Shown: one piece after another, positions 52,730-64,000 of the stretch
Position numbering within the stretch: the first letter of the stretch is position 1
Layout: each line of letters opens with the position of its first letter
NCBI GenBank assembly: GCA_951406725.2
Contig: OX597834.1
Coordinates: 32,054,001-32,118,000 of the forward strand
Length of the DNA: 64,000 nucleotides
Reading direction: 5' to 3'
From: Octopus vulgaris
Taxonomy: Eukaryota
Made by a program: the position numbers and the translations under genes
The notes under the pieces: generated by a model
Databases searched by the model: none
Told to the model about the DNA's origin: nothing
Seen by the model: only the letters and a program-made list of their open reading frames with translations

Positions 52730-52764
<35 letters not shown>

Positions 52765-54802
52765 CATTGTGTACAGTGCTCAGGTGCACTACAACTCATC
52801 TAAAGTGCATATATAATCAGGTGTAGTTTCGACGGATTTCGGAAAGCATGAGGGCCTTAAAGGATGCAGTGTCATGGCAGTCAACAACTGACGCAGGCAG
52901 TTTATTCCATGCTTCAGCAACTCTGAGCGTGAAGAAATGTTTCCGAAAGTCATGGGAGCTGTGTTGTTTTCTGACTTTGTAGGCATGTCCACGTGTGTTA
53001 GACACATGGAGATCAAAAAGGTGTTCAGTGTTGTTATTGGTGAGGTGGTTGATAACTTTGTGGGTGTTTACCAAGTCCGTCGCCAGACGCCGGAGCTGCA
53101 GTGAATCCATGCCGAGGGAAACAAGGCGCTCAGAATATGGTAGGTGTCTGATGGAGGGTAACTTGGGTAAATTTATCTCCAGTAACTTGGCTAAAATAAC
53201 TGTCACGGTTTGTTCAGTTTTGTTTTTGCTAATTTTCGTCTACAAGGGTGGTGGACGGTTAATCTATCGTCACCTGGTGTCAGACCACATCTAGGTTCTT
53301 GGGTGTACTTAACAGGGTTTTCACTGTAGCAACTAGAAGTGCATGGCTTAGTGGTTAGGGTGTTAGACTCATGATTATAAGGTTCCTGAACCAGGAATAT
53401 GTCTATGTAAACAATGCTATTGAAGACAGAAAAATAAGGGATGGGTGTATATACATGTTTCAGGAGTCACTGTCCCTTCTTCAGTTTCATCCAACCCATT
53501 AACCATCCATCAATACATTGCTTAAACAGTGTAACACTATTAGATCTACCAATGTTATATATCAAACATATACCTGACATTATATGTGTGTGTGTGCGTG
53601 GAGAGAGAGAGAGAGAGAGAGAGATGGTGTTTAAATCTGTCTATACATACAGTATTGGCTAAAAAATCTCTTTTTAATCAATACATATATTCTGTAGCAC
53701 AGAATATATGGTTTAATAGATACATGTTATCTGAATGAAAGAGAGAATGAATATTGACAGGATTGCTGGGTGTGGAAAGGAAGAGATAAAAAGGAAAAAA
53801 AAAAGGCAAGAAATGATCATAAAAAAAAAAGTCCTATAAAAAAAAATTTCACACTGTTATAAACTCTCTTTTATAGAGCATCTCATGACATGAGGGTGTG
53901 GGTGGAGTTTAGGTGGGGCAGGAGGGAGAAAGAGAGTGAAATGATCCCATTGATATGTTGGTCTTGTAATTGATGCCAATTGCCATCATCATCATCATCA
54001 TCATGACCACCGTCATTATCATCATCATCACGACCACCACCATCATCATCATCATTGTCGTCATTGTCACTGTCACCATTTTAAACACATTTTTCCATGT
54101 TTGCATTGGTCAGAATTAGTTCAAGCAGATTTTCTATGGCTAGATGCTCCACCACCATCACCACCACCACACTAACCTCCCCCTGTTTCAAATCAAAGCA
54201 ATATTTCTCCGAGGCCAGACATGTTTTCATGGAAGACTGTGGAAAGGAATGACACTGCTTGTATGACGGTGACACTTATTTACAGCTATCGCACACTATC
54301 AATACAAGGAGGCACAACAATAAACACACACACACACACACAAATACACACAAATACACGCATACACTCATACATATGTACATGACAGGCTTCTTCCAGT
54401 TTCCAGCTATTTAATTCACTCACAAGGTATTGATTGGCCCAGGGTTATAAAAGACACTTTCCTCAAGTGCCACATTGTGGGATTGAACCCAGAACCACAT
54501 GGTTGGGAAGCAAGCTTCCTCAACACACAATCATGCCATACTTTAATAATTCTTTCTACTAAAGGCACAAGGCCTGGAAATTAAGGAAGAAGAGACGAAT
54601 CGATTACATCAACCCCAGCGTTTTGCTGGTAGTTAATTTATCGACCCCTAAAGGATGAAAGGCAAAGTCGATCTCAGTGGAATTTGAACTCAGAACGTAA
54701 GAACAGGCAAAACACCACTAAACATTTTGTCCAGTGCGCTAACGATTCTGTCAGCTCACCATTTTATACTGTACTTTAATGATAGTAATAATGATAATGA
54801 TC

Positions 54803-54835
<33 letters not shown>

Positions 54836-55362
54836 GCTTCGAATTTTGGCACATGGCTAGCAAGTTGGGGGAGAGATAAGTGAATTACACTCAGCAGAAT
54901 TTGAACTCAGAACATAAAGACAGATGAGATGCCACTAAGCATTTTGCATGGCATGCTAACCATTCTGCTAGTTTGTTGCCTTAATCATCATCAGCATTAT
55001 CATCATCATCATCATTTAATGCCCATTTTCCATGCTGGCATGGGCTGGACGGTTTGACTGAGGTCTGGAGATCCAGCGATTGCACCAGGCTCCAATCTGA
55101 CCTGGCAATGTTTCTACAGCTGGATGCCCTTCCTAACGCCAACCACTCCAAGAGTGTAGTGGGTGCATTTTATGTGCCACCAGCATGGGAGCCAGTTAGG
55201 CAGTCCTTGCATTGGCCACAATAGGATGGTGCTTTTTAAATGCTACCGGCATAGGAGCCAGTTGGCACAGGGGGCTGGTATTGACCACGTTTGGATGGTG
55301 CTTTTTACATGCCATAGGCACAGGGAACCAGTCAGGCAGAACCTGCAATGACCCATGCATGA

Positions 55363-55397
<35 letters not shown>

Positions 55398-56962
55398 TAA
55401 TAATAATAATAACAATGACCATCTCTAACACTGACACAAAGCCACATATCAAATGTGCCCTTTCATTTCTTTAATTCAATTAACAAAGTAAGAGGGAGAT
55501 CTGGCTGTTATTTCTGGAAGATTGAGCGACTATGAAGAGGTTGTTTCTCACAAGTGGCTTTACTAACAATTTTATAGTATTGCGAAGTAGTATACTCCAG
55601 CTAGTGCAGTCAGCCTTGAGATGGATAAGTTAGAGAAAGGAGGAGGCAGTGGAAGAGAGGGAGGGGAGGAGAAAGGTATAAAAGAGAGAGAGAGAGAGAG
55701 AGAGTGGTGAAGGGAAGGGGGAGAAAGGGGAGGAGGAGATCAATGAAGGCTATTGATTGCCACAATTATCAATAACAAAAAGTGGATGCTTTAGTGTAAA
55801 CAATGAACACACGACTAATCTGGCTGGATTAAACAGATTATGGGGATATAGGAACTCATTTCGTTTTGGCGCAGTAAGATGGTGATACGAGGGTTCACAG
55901 AGAATGATGTGTGTTTAGATGTACGAAAATTACTCATAGACTAATCAAACGATTTTACACCTGATTTTGAAATGAAAAACAAAAAGAAAACTGAGGTGCA
56001 ACTTATATCAGGGGCAAAGCTAAAAAAACTATGAAGGGATTTAAAGCTTTGTAGCAAGATTTAGTACTAAATTAGAGGTGTGACTTATACACAGGTAAAT
56101 ACAGCAGGTAGGTAGGTGGTGTAGTGCAAGGCGGCGAGCTGGCAGAAACGTTAGCACGCCGGGCAAAATGCGTAGCCGTATTTCGTCTGCCACTACGTTC
56201 TGAGTTCAAACTCTGCTGAGGTCGACTTTGCCTTTCATCCTTTCGGGATCGATTAAATAAGTACCAGTTACGCACTGGGGTCGATATAATTGACTTAATC
56301 CGTTTGTCTGTCCTTGTTTGTCCTCTCTGTGTTTAGCCCCTTGTGGGTAGTAAAGAAATAGGTGTAGTGCATGGGTAGGTATTTAGACAGATTCGTGGTG
56401 CAGGAATGACTGTGTGGTTAAAAAGGTTTGCTTTCTGACCACAGGATTTCAGGTTCAGTTCCATTGTGGGGTACCTTGGGCAAGTGTCACAATGTAATAT
56501 TTTCCCATGGCTAGGCATGTTTTTCATGGAAGACTGGAAACAAACAACATCACTATGGGTCTACAATGCATGTTTGCAACCATCACATGGTGTTAAGACA
56601 AGAACACATACACACACACACACACATGTATAAATACAATGTGCTTCCTTCAGTCTCCATCTACCAAATCCACTCACAAGGTTTTGGTCAGCTCTGGGTT
56701 GCAGTAGATAGCACCTGCCCCCAAAGTGTCTGAAAAGAAAAATACAGGATGACACACCTCCAATTATAGGTCTGCTGGATCAGGGATGACCCAGGACCCA
56801 AAAGAGAAGAAGTTTGGAACAGAATAATAATAATAAAGTCTTATACTCACGAGAAACACTGAATGCAAAGCTTGTCGGATAGTCTTTCATGAGTAAGTGA
56901 AGCAAGGTGCTCTTGCCAGCCCCAGAGGGACCACTGATGACAATTGTCTTTATGTTGCTCAT
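43901..56962 (-). CDS. GUK1: Guanylate kinase, 193 aa
   Basis: Exons 56962-56851, 52607-52566, 51258-51162, 48704-48566, 46924-46840, 45477-45392, 43921-43901 sum to 582 nt with all phases consistent. P-loop [73 protein letters not shown]. Confidence 0.95.
44888..45196 (+). mobile_element. SINE with RTE-type 3' end and (GAT)n tail (family B); other copies ~1-230(-), 12950-13240, 27495-27770(-), 33980-34191, 34775-35090, 41612-41840(-), 44222-44470, 55000-55340(-)
   Basis: Shared GGCGTTAGGAAGGGCATCCAGCTGTAGAAAC...GGACGTTAAACGATGATGAT; variable copy number of an internal TGGCACGTAAAAAGCACC module. Confidence 0.8.
45392..45477 (-). CDS. GUK1: GUK1 coding exon 6
   Basis: [29 protein letters not shown]; TTCAG| and |GTAAGA. 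Confidence 0.92.
45724..46142 (-). mobile_element. tRNA-headed SINE with internal microsatellite (family C); other copies ~11985-12380(-), 17068-17440, 19706-20050, 20085-20410, 39278-39640, 61459-61810(-)
   Basis: Head GGAGTGGCTGTGTGGTAAG...GGGTTCAGTCCCACTGC, CTTGGGCAAGTGTCTTCT; tail ...GACTGAAACAAGTAAAAGAG. Confidence 0.8.
46212..46633 (+). mobile_element. hAT-like MITE (second, more decayed copy at ~8942-9360)
   Basis: Termini CAGGGCTGGATTAA / TTAATCCAGTACTG; body shared with 8942-9360; TSD not clear. Confidence 0.6.
46840..46924 (-). CDS. GUK1: GUK1 coding exon 5
   Basis: [28 protein letters not shown]; CCAG| and |GTAAGT. Confidence 0.93.
47247..47570 (-). mobile_element. SINE with family-E head and family-D tail
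   Basis: TSD CCAATATACATA (47235-47246 / 47571-47582); head GTGGCTTAGTGGTTAGGG...GAGTTCGATTCCC. Confidence 0.8.
47885..48136 (+). pseudogene. Dispersed 18S rRNA 3'-terminal fragment (helix 44 region), inserted in a SINE within GUK1 intron 4
   Basis: Contains TGAACGAGGAATTCC, the universal TGCCCTTTGTACACACCGCCC, GTGAGGTCCTCGGA and TTAGAGGAAGTA; no flanking rDNA. Confidence 0.85.
48566..48704 (-). CDS. GUK1: GUK1 coding exon 4
   Basis: [47 protein letters not shown]. Confidence 0.93.
48788..48954. repeat. (GGA/GAA)n purine tract
   Basis: Direct inspection. Confidence 0.9.
49306..50507 (-). mobile_element. Composite retroposon: Nin-domain SINE head + ~750 bp body with 36-bp VNTR + RTE-type (GAT)n tail
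   Basis: Whole unit bounded by a perfect 12 bp direct repeat AATCAGTAATAC (49294-49305 / 50508-50519). Confidence 0.75.
50682..51060 (-). mobile_element. tRNA-headed SINE (family D); related copies 26556-26940(-), 60660-60945(+)
   Basis: Head TGGAGGCGCAATGGCCCAGTGGTTAGGGCAG...GGTTTCGATTCCC; near-identical body at 26556-26940. Confidence 0.8.
51162..51258 (-). CDS. GUK1: GUK1 coding exon 3
   Basis: [32 protein letters not shown]; TTCAG| and |GTGAGT. Confidence 0.93.
51430..51799 (+). mobile_element. Tc1/mariner (maT/DD37D-like) transposase 3' remnant with right TIR, inserted at (TA)n
   Basis: Translation [24 protein letters not shown]...DSLKAA...*; ends ...TGCACCCTG|TATATA. Confidence 0.75.
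51854..52073. mobile_element. piggyBac-like MITE (relatives near 49040-49264 and 60395-60585)
   Basis: TTAA|CCCTTTAG...CTAAAGGG|TTAA: TTAA target with CCC/GGG termini. Confidence 0.75.
52192..52288. repeat. Near-perfect spacerless palindrome abutting (TA)n
   Basis: Centred on TTCGTACGAA; arms AAGAATGGATCAATATATCGGTACAATTGT / ACAATTGTACCGATATATTGATCCATTCTT. Confidence 0.9.
52566..52607 (-). CDS. GUK1: GUK1 coding exon 2
   Basis: [14 protein letters not shown]; TGCAG| and |GTAAG. Confidence 0.93.
52760..53160 (-). mobile_element. 5'-truncated CR1-clade LINE 3' end with (TAT)n tail
   Basis: ORF 52817..53206 has LPYSERL...LRR...TRGH.YK...[14 protein letters not shown], typical of CR1/L2-group ORF2 C-termini. 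Tail (AAT)n on plus at 52731-52761. A short 3'-tip remnant also occurs near 4152-4181. Confidence 0.85.
53439..53492 (-). ncRNA. Candidate minimal type-I hammerhead ribozyme (core intact)
   Basis: GGATGAAA-CTGAAGA-AGGG-ACAGTGAC-TCCT-GAAA-CATG-TA-TATACACC-CATCC; palindromic ACATGT at stem III; weak proximal stem I. Confidence 0.5.
56129..56360 (+). mobile_element. tRNA-derived Nin/Deu-domain SINE (family A); other copies ~12670-12870, 14026-14231(-), 18340-18571, 29975-31100 (cluster), 35410-35637, 54600-54760(-)
   Basis: Head GGCGGCGAGCTGGCAGAA...GAGTTCAAA; Nin-like GCCTTTCATCCTTTCGGGGTCGAT...AAGTACC; TSD GGTGTAGTGCA (56118-56128 / 56361-56371). Confidence 0.85.
56851..56962 (-). CDS. GUK1: GUK1 coding exon 1 (P-loop)
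   Basis: [37 protein letters not shown]; donor GTGAGT. Confidence 0.93.
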
Positions 56963-57622
56963 CTTCAATGCAGTACTGGAGAAGGATGCTGCCGAGAAGA
57001 AAGAAAATATTAAATATTATTGTTACTAAAGAAGTAAATGTTAACACATCATCATCATCATCAGCAGCAGCAGCATCACAAACACCATCACCATTGCCAT
57101 CATCATTTTTACCACGGGCACAACTACGATCACCAACACCACCATCATCACTGTCGCCACCACCATCATCACTAAGAATCATCATTGCAGCCACTGCTAC
57201 CCCACCACCTGCCCATCATTGCCTTCACCATTTTTATGTCTATTTTATCGATGCTGGCAGGGATTAGAGGTAGCATTCAATGGCTGGATGCCCTACCTGA
57301 TGCCAACTCTTATTTTTGTTTGCCAAACAAAGTTCTGTATTCGAGGGTTTTATCATTGTCAAACAGCTGAGCTGCAGAACTCATTTATTTATGTGGGTCA
57401 TGAACAATGTCACAGATGCCCAGCACTACCACAGAGTAAACAGTTAGTAAAAATCTTGAGAAGTACATGGAACAAATAGGGGCTGCAATAAGGGTAGAGC
57501 ACTTGCAGGAAACATCACTGCTTGGAACTGCTTGAAAAATAAGGGCTGTTAACTAGTTCACTGGTAGTGAACAGCTGACACCATAGTATATCTCTAGCTT
57601 TAGAAGCTGTGCAAAGACAATG

Positions 57623-57659
<37 letters not shown>

Positions 57660-59111
57660 TAATAATAACAATAAATGTCATAGCCCAATGTTAGGAATTA
57701 TTTTCTTTTCCAGCAGTCTAATCTGTCGAGTGTATATGAAATAAAAATGAATAAAATATAACAAAAACTAATAAAATAAAGCAAATTACATACAAAAAAT
57801 TAACACAACATTAAACAGAGAACGACTCAAAATAAGGCAAACCTTAAATATGGTATTTTCTGGCATACAAGTCGATGTAGAATATAGTGTGAACATTGAA
57901 ATGTCATCACTAACTTTCCAAATCCTGCTACATTTTACAGGGAATTTTTGGTCCTCCAAAGTCATGTTGTGGAGGCGCATGGCTTAGTGGTTAGGGTATT
58001 GGACTCATGGAGCATAAGATTGTGGTTTCGATCCCTGGACAAGGCAACACATTGTGTTTTCGAAAATAACATTTCATTTCATGTTGCGTCACTCTGTTCA
58101 GCTGGTAAAAAGGAATAATTCTGTGACACAACTTAGGTGCGAATGTATTAGACTCATGATCGTAAGATTGTGGTTTCGATTCCTGGATCGGGCAATGTGT
58201 TATGCTCTTAAGCAAAACACTTCACTTCACATTGCTCCAGTCCACTCAGCTGGCTAAAGTGAGTAATTCTGCAATGGACTGGCATCGCATCCAGGGGAAG
58301 AATATATACATCAGAGAACATGACCCTGTGTTTCTTATGGAATAATGTAGACAAACCCCAAAGTTATTTTGGTGTATAAGTCAGCCCTTTTTTGGACAGT
58401 AAATTTTGGTTTGAAAAATTCAACTTGTATGCCAGAAAACATGGTAATGTGGAATGAGAATGTGTGTGTTTAGAGATATGGATATGTTGAAAAGACTACC
58501 GGAGATTCTTCAACAAGATGTGTGCTGTTCTGGGAGGAGCTGAAGACAACTTGGACCTTGTGTCAGGGCGAATTCAAAATCTTGTCTGCAGACAGAACTA
58601 ACCGCGGTACCATGGCATATGGTTGCTAAGTCTTGAAGGAATTACATAACAACAGCATTGCTTTAATATTTCCTTTGCAGACATGTTTAAGTAAGATACT
58701 GTAGCAAAACATTATGTTCACTCTCTATACACTCCATCCATGCCCCCCACCACCACCACCAGTTCCACTAATCCTACATCAAAAGAATCTTGATTTACAA
58801 AAGATATTCTTCATTCATTTTAGAACAAAACAAGAATCACTTCAATCACAGAAAAGTGTGTGTGTGAGTGTGTATGTGTGCGAGTGTATGTATATATATA
58901 TACACACACACATGCATACATATTATACATGTGTGTGTATGTGTGTGAGTATACATATAAGTGGAAAGAACAATGAGAAAAAAATGTACCAACCAGATTA
59001 GTGAAACAAGAGAAAATAACTATTCTATAGACCTAATTATGAAATGAGGTGATTAAGATATATGAAGACTATCAATAGCAACGGAATAATATAATACTGC
59101 AGTATATGTAC

Positions 59112-59312
59112 ACGATGACGATGATGATGACGATGGTGATGATGATAATGGTGATGATGATGATGACGATGAAAATGATGATGATGATGGTGATGATGAT
59201 GATGATGATGGTGATGATGATGGTGATGATGATGATGATGGTGATGATGGGGATAACGATAAAAATGGTAAGGACAATGGCCATTGTGATGATGGTGATG
59301 ATGGCAGTGATG
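59112..59312. repeat. (GAT/GGT)n trinucleotide tract
   Basis: Direct inspection. Confidence 0.9.
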
Positions 59313-61811
59313 GTATAAATACAATGACGACAACAACTACATGAACAAACCCTCGAAGAATGAGGAAAAGTAAAAGCTTTTCTCAGAAATGAATTAATGA
59401 AAGATACTTTATTGTTCCAGAAATAAAAAAAAAAAACCGTAAAAAAAAAGCATTCTTCAATATGTAGATTGAATGTAATTATCTACTAATTGGTCTTAAT
59501 GATGAATGAAGTGAAAAAACAGTTACAAAGGAATAGATCTATATATACTGAATACTAAGAGAGCAATGGAAACAGATTAAATGCAAACATGTGCAGGCAC
59601 GGCCGTGTGGTTAAGAAACTGGCTTCTCCCACTGCATGGCACCTTGGGCAAGTGTCTTCTACTGCAGCCCCAAGTCAAGTAAAGCCTTGGGAGTAGATTT
59701 TGTAGACAAAAACTGAAAGAAACATGTGGTGTGTGTGTGCATGCATGCATGTGTGTATGTGTATATAATGTACTGTTCTGTGATGGTAAGATCAACAAAA
59801 AAGGTAAGCCATTTGGTGAAAGACAAATATTATTTAACCCTTTCATTATCAACCCAGTAGAAACCGGTACTGGCTCTGAGTACAAATGTCTTGTTTTCAT
59901 AAGTTTTGAATTAAAATATATATATAACCCATGCTAGCATGGAAAACGGACGCTAAACAATGATGATGATGATGATATTCTGGGATCTTAAAAACATTTG
60001 GCTTTTGTTGTTGCTTCTAGCACCACTTGATCATATGTACTGTGGTCTGCACAGGCCTTTATGGCTATGTGTTTGTCCATTGTTAACCAACACTCTGTTA
60101 CATCAACCACTTGACCTTCCTCTTATCATATATATATACATATATATATATATACACACACGTGTATGTATATCCTGGTTATGACATCAAACTGCCTTCA
60201 GTGGTGAGGCTCCAGTTTGGGACTTCTGGAGTTGTGGGGGAGCATGAAATCACCCCTTAATTTACCATTACTGCCAGGTCCTTTCTGATCCAAAAAGGTA
60301 GCACTTATCAGAATCGCACCAATGGGTTAAACAGACATCCCAGAGGTAGAGGACACTTCAGTTATTTTTGACAAAGCCACGAGGATGGCAGCTCTTGTTT
60401 TCTACCTGTTTTATGTTCAAACTGGCCAGATCAGGCCTCTCACACTTACCCGCCAATGTCATTCCAAAACTAAACAATCCCATCACTGAAGTCTCAAAGT
60501 GATGAGAGAATGCATGATTAATTCAAAACAATGTGAATAAATAGGCATTACAGTTGTCAGATTAATCTGAATATGCTAATGGGTTCAATCCAATGATGTA
60601 CAGATGTCTCATTTCAATTCTTCATCCATTTTGTAAAAATATGTGTATATTCATATCGTGGAGGCGCAATGGCCCAGTGGTTAGGGCAGCGGACTCGCGG
60701 TTTCGATTCCCAGACCAGCTGTTGTGAGTGTTTATTGAGCGAAAACACCTAAAGCTCCACAAGGCTCCAGCAGGGGATGGTGGCGATCCCTGCTGTACTC
60801 TTTCGCCACAACTTTCTCTCACTCTTTCTTCTGTTGGCCTGCTCGCTTAGCCAGCGGGGTGGCGTCATTTGAAGGCTAAAACAATGCGAAGCGCATTGTG
60901 ACCAGCGATGTGTAGCAACATCTGATAGCCTGGTCGGTCACAGTGATATTTATATCAGTGCACGTGCAAGGATATAAGTAAATCAGAACAACCAAAGCTG
61001 AATGTGAGCTGGCTATCGTCTGACAAGACGAGGCAATCATCATATATACATATGATTTATTGAAGCTGAATGTTTATCTAATGGCTCAAGTTTCATACAA
61101 CTGCAATCTTTGCATGTGTGTGTGCGTGTGTGTGTGGGGGAGAGTATCAAAGATATCTGTGTGAGTATGTGATATATAATACATATGGGTGTGTCAATTA
61201 AAAATGTGTGGCAGTAAGACAAACAGAGAGAAGAAGATAAAAACCAGGAAGGAAAAGATATTTATATCATCATCATCATCCTCATCATCATTTAACGTCT
61301 GTTTTCAATACTAGCTTGGGTTGGACAGTTTGACAGGAGCTGACCAGCTAAAGAGCTGCACCAGGCTCCATGTCATCATCATCGTCGTTTAACGTCCGTT
61401 TTCCATGCTAGCATGGGTTGGACGATGTGTGTATATATATATATATACTCTCTCTCTCTCTCTTTTACTTTTACTTGTTTCAGTCATTTGACTGCGGCCA
61501 TGCTAGAGCACCGCCTTTTTTAGTCGAGCAAATCGGCCCCAGGACTTATTCTTTGTAAGTCTAGTACTTATTCTATTGGTCTCTTTTGCCGAACCGCTAA
61601 GTAACGGGGACGTAAACACACCAGCATTGGTTGTCAAACACACATATATACGACGGGCTTCTTTCAGTTTCCGTCTACTAAATCCACTCACAAGGCTTTG
61701 GTCGGCCCAAGGCTATAGTAGAAGACACTTGCCCAAGGTGCCATGCAGTGGGACTGAACCCGGAACCGTGTGGTTGGTAAGCAAGCTACTTACCACACAG
61801 CCACTCCTGTA

Positions 61812-61919
<108 letters not shown>

Positions 61920-62718
61920 TAAGTCTGACTCAAAGTCGGTATGGGTTTAGGTTAGAAAATGTCTGTGTGGCCTGTAGATATTAGAGAAATAGCAGCCAAA
62001 TCCGCCCTAAATAAAAACCGATTGACTTGAAAAAAAGGAGAACGCATTGGATAATATAGTCCTAGATATGCTATGTTCGAAAAACAAGTGGAAATGTCAT
62101 GGTTGGAGTACCTTTAATCATAGGTCTATGATTCCTAAACAATATCGGTGGCCTCTGTGAAGTCAATCGATATGCTAGAAATAGCAGCCAAGATCTCTCT
62201 CAACTCACATATCACCGTAATGTCTTTTTTTAAAAATAAAAGTGACACACATTGAACAAATTAGAGCTAAAAGGTAATATAGTCCGCGGTAGACTATGCC
62301 TCAAAATTGTAAGAGATCGTTATGGTTGAACACCAGAACTGCTGTGACTATAATAATTCTATTTTAAACTGATCGGGATTGATCAGTTTAAAATAGGAAA
62401 GTAAACAACATCTGCACAGAATACAGGACGAACGATATAAACATTGTAAGAGCATTGCCTTAGACCATGTGTGTGTGTGTGTGTGTAAACAAACGTGTGT
62501 GGTTTGCCACAGATAGTGTATATTTGTTAGAGTGATACTAAAAGCAAAACATTGCCTAATTGTTCGTGTGTGTGTGTAAACATAAAGAGAGAGCGTGTAC
62601 ATAATCATGAAAGGACATTATTATAGCAGCAGACACAAAGATCAAATCCCTCAAAGTTGTCCCACCCGAATGTCAGAAAATGTCCCTGACAACGAGGAAG
62701 CTCAAAGAGAAAGTAACC

Positions 62719-63710
<992 letters not shown>

Positions 63711-63777
63711 ATAAAACGGTAAGATAACAAAAGAAAGAAAAGAGACCTCAATATTATGTAAATGGAGGAAATTTATC

Positions 63778-63951
63778 TATACAATATGTTACATTACTCG
63801 GTAGTCAAGATAAAACTCTGAGTTTCAGATGCCGAAGTGGAAATCCACAACACCATCTCTTCGAGATAACCGAAGAGATGGTGTTGTGGATTTCCACTTC
63901 GGCATCTGAAACTCAGAGTTTTATCTTGACTACCGAGTAATGTAACATATT

Positions 63952-63956
<5 letters not shown>
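63778..63956. repeat. Perfect inverted repeat, 86 bp arms, 7 nt loop, between (TA)n tracts
   Basis: 63778-63863 is the exact reverse complement of 63871-63956. Confidence 0.92.
63864..63926 (+). ncRNA. Hammerhead-like motif (U4C variant) in the right arm of a perfect hairpin
   Basis: AGATAA-CCGAAGA-GATG...CATC-T-GAAA-CTCAGAG-TT-TTATCT; 6 bp stem I. Confidence 0.45.
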
Positions 63957-63982
<26 letters not shown>

Positions 63983-64000
63983 AAAGCCGTTCGATTTTGA

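Overview
AT-rich, microsatellite- and SINE-dense animal genomic DNA. The repeat landscape and tRNA/Nin-domain SINEs suggest a coleoid cephalopod such as Octopus (inference). Three spliced genes were reconstructed by hand with phase-consistent GT-AG junctions. A FAM162 (UPF0389) gene on the minus strand has exons 5300-5162 and 516-417 and continues off the left edge. ZUP1/ZUFSP deubiquitinase on the plus strand has 8 coding exons, 22836-37607, about 604 aa, and lies head-to-head with FAM162. Guanylate kinase GUK1 on the minus strand has 7 coding exons, 56962-43901, 193 aa, and converges on ZUP1. Introns hold four SINE families, Merlin-, piggyBac-, hAT- and Tc1/mariner-type DNA transposon remnants, R4/Dong-, CR1- and RTE-type LINE fragments, and an 18S rRNA 3' fragment inserted inside a SINE. 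The most unusual signals are (i) at least five unrelated repeats carrying minimal type-I hammerhead-ribozyme-like cores, several inside long fold-back palindromes next to (TA)n tracts and one behind a tRNA-like box, and (ii) a 1.2 kb TSD-bounded composite retroposon (SINE head + VNTR-containing body + RTE-type tail). Nearly all supplied ORFs are microsatellite or SINE artefacts.
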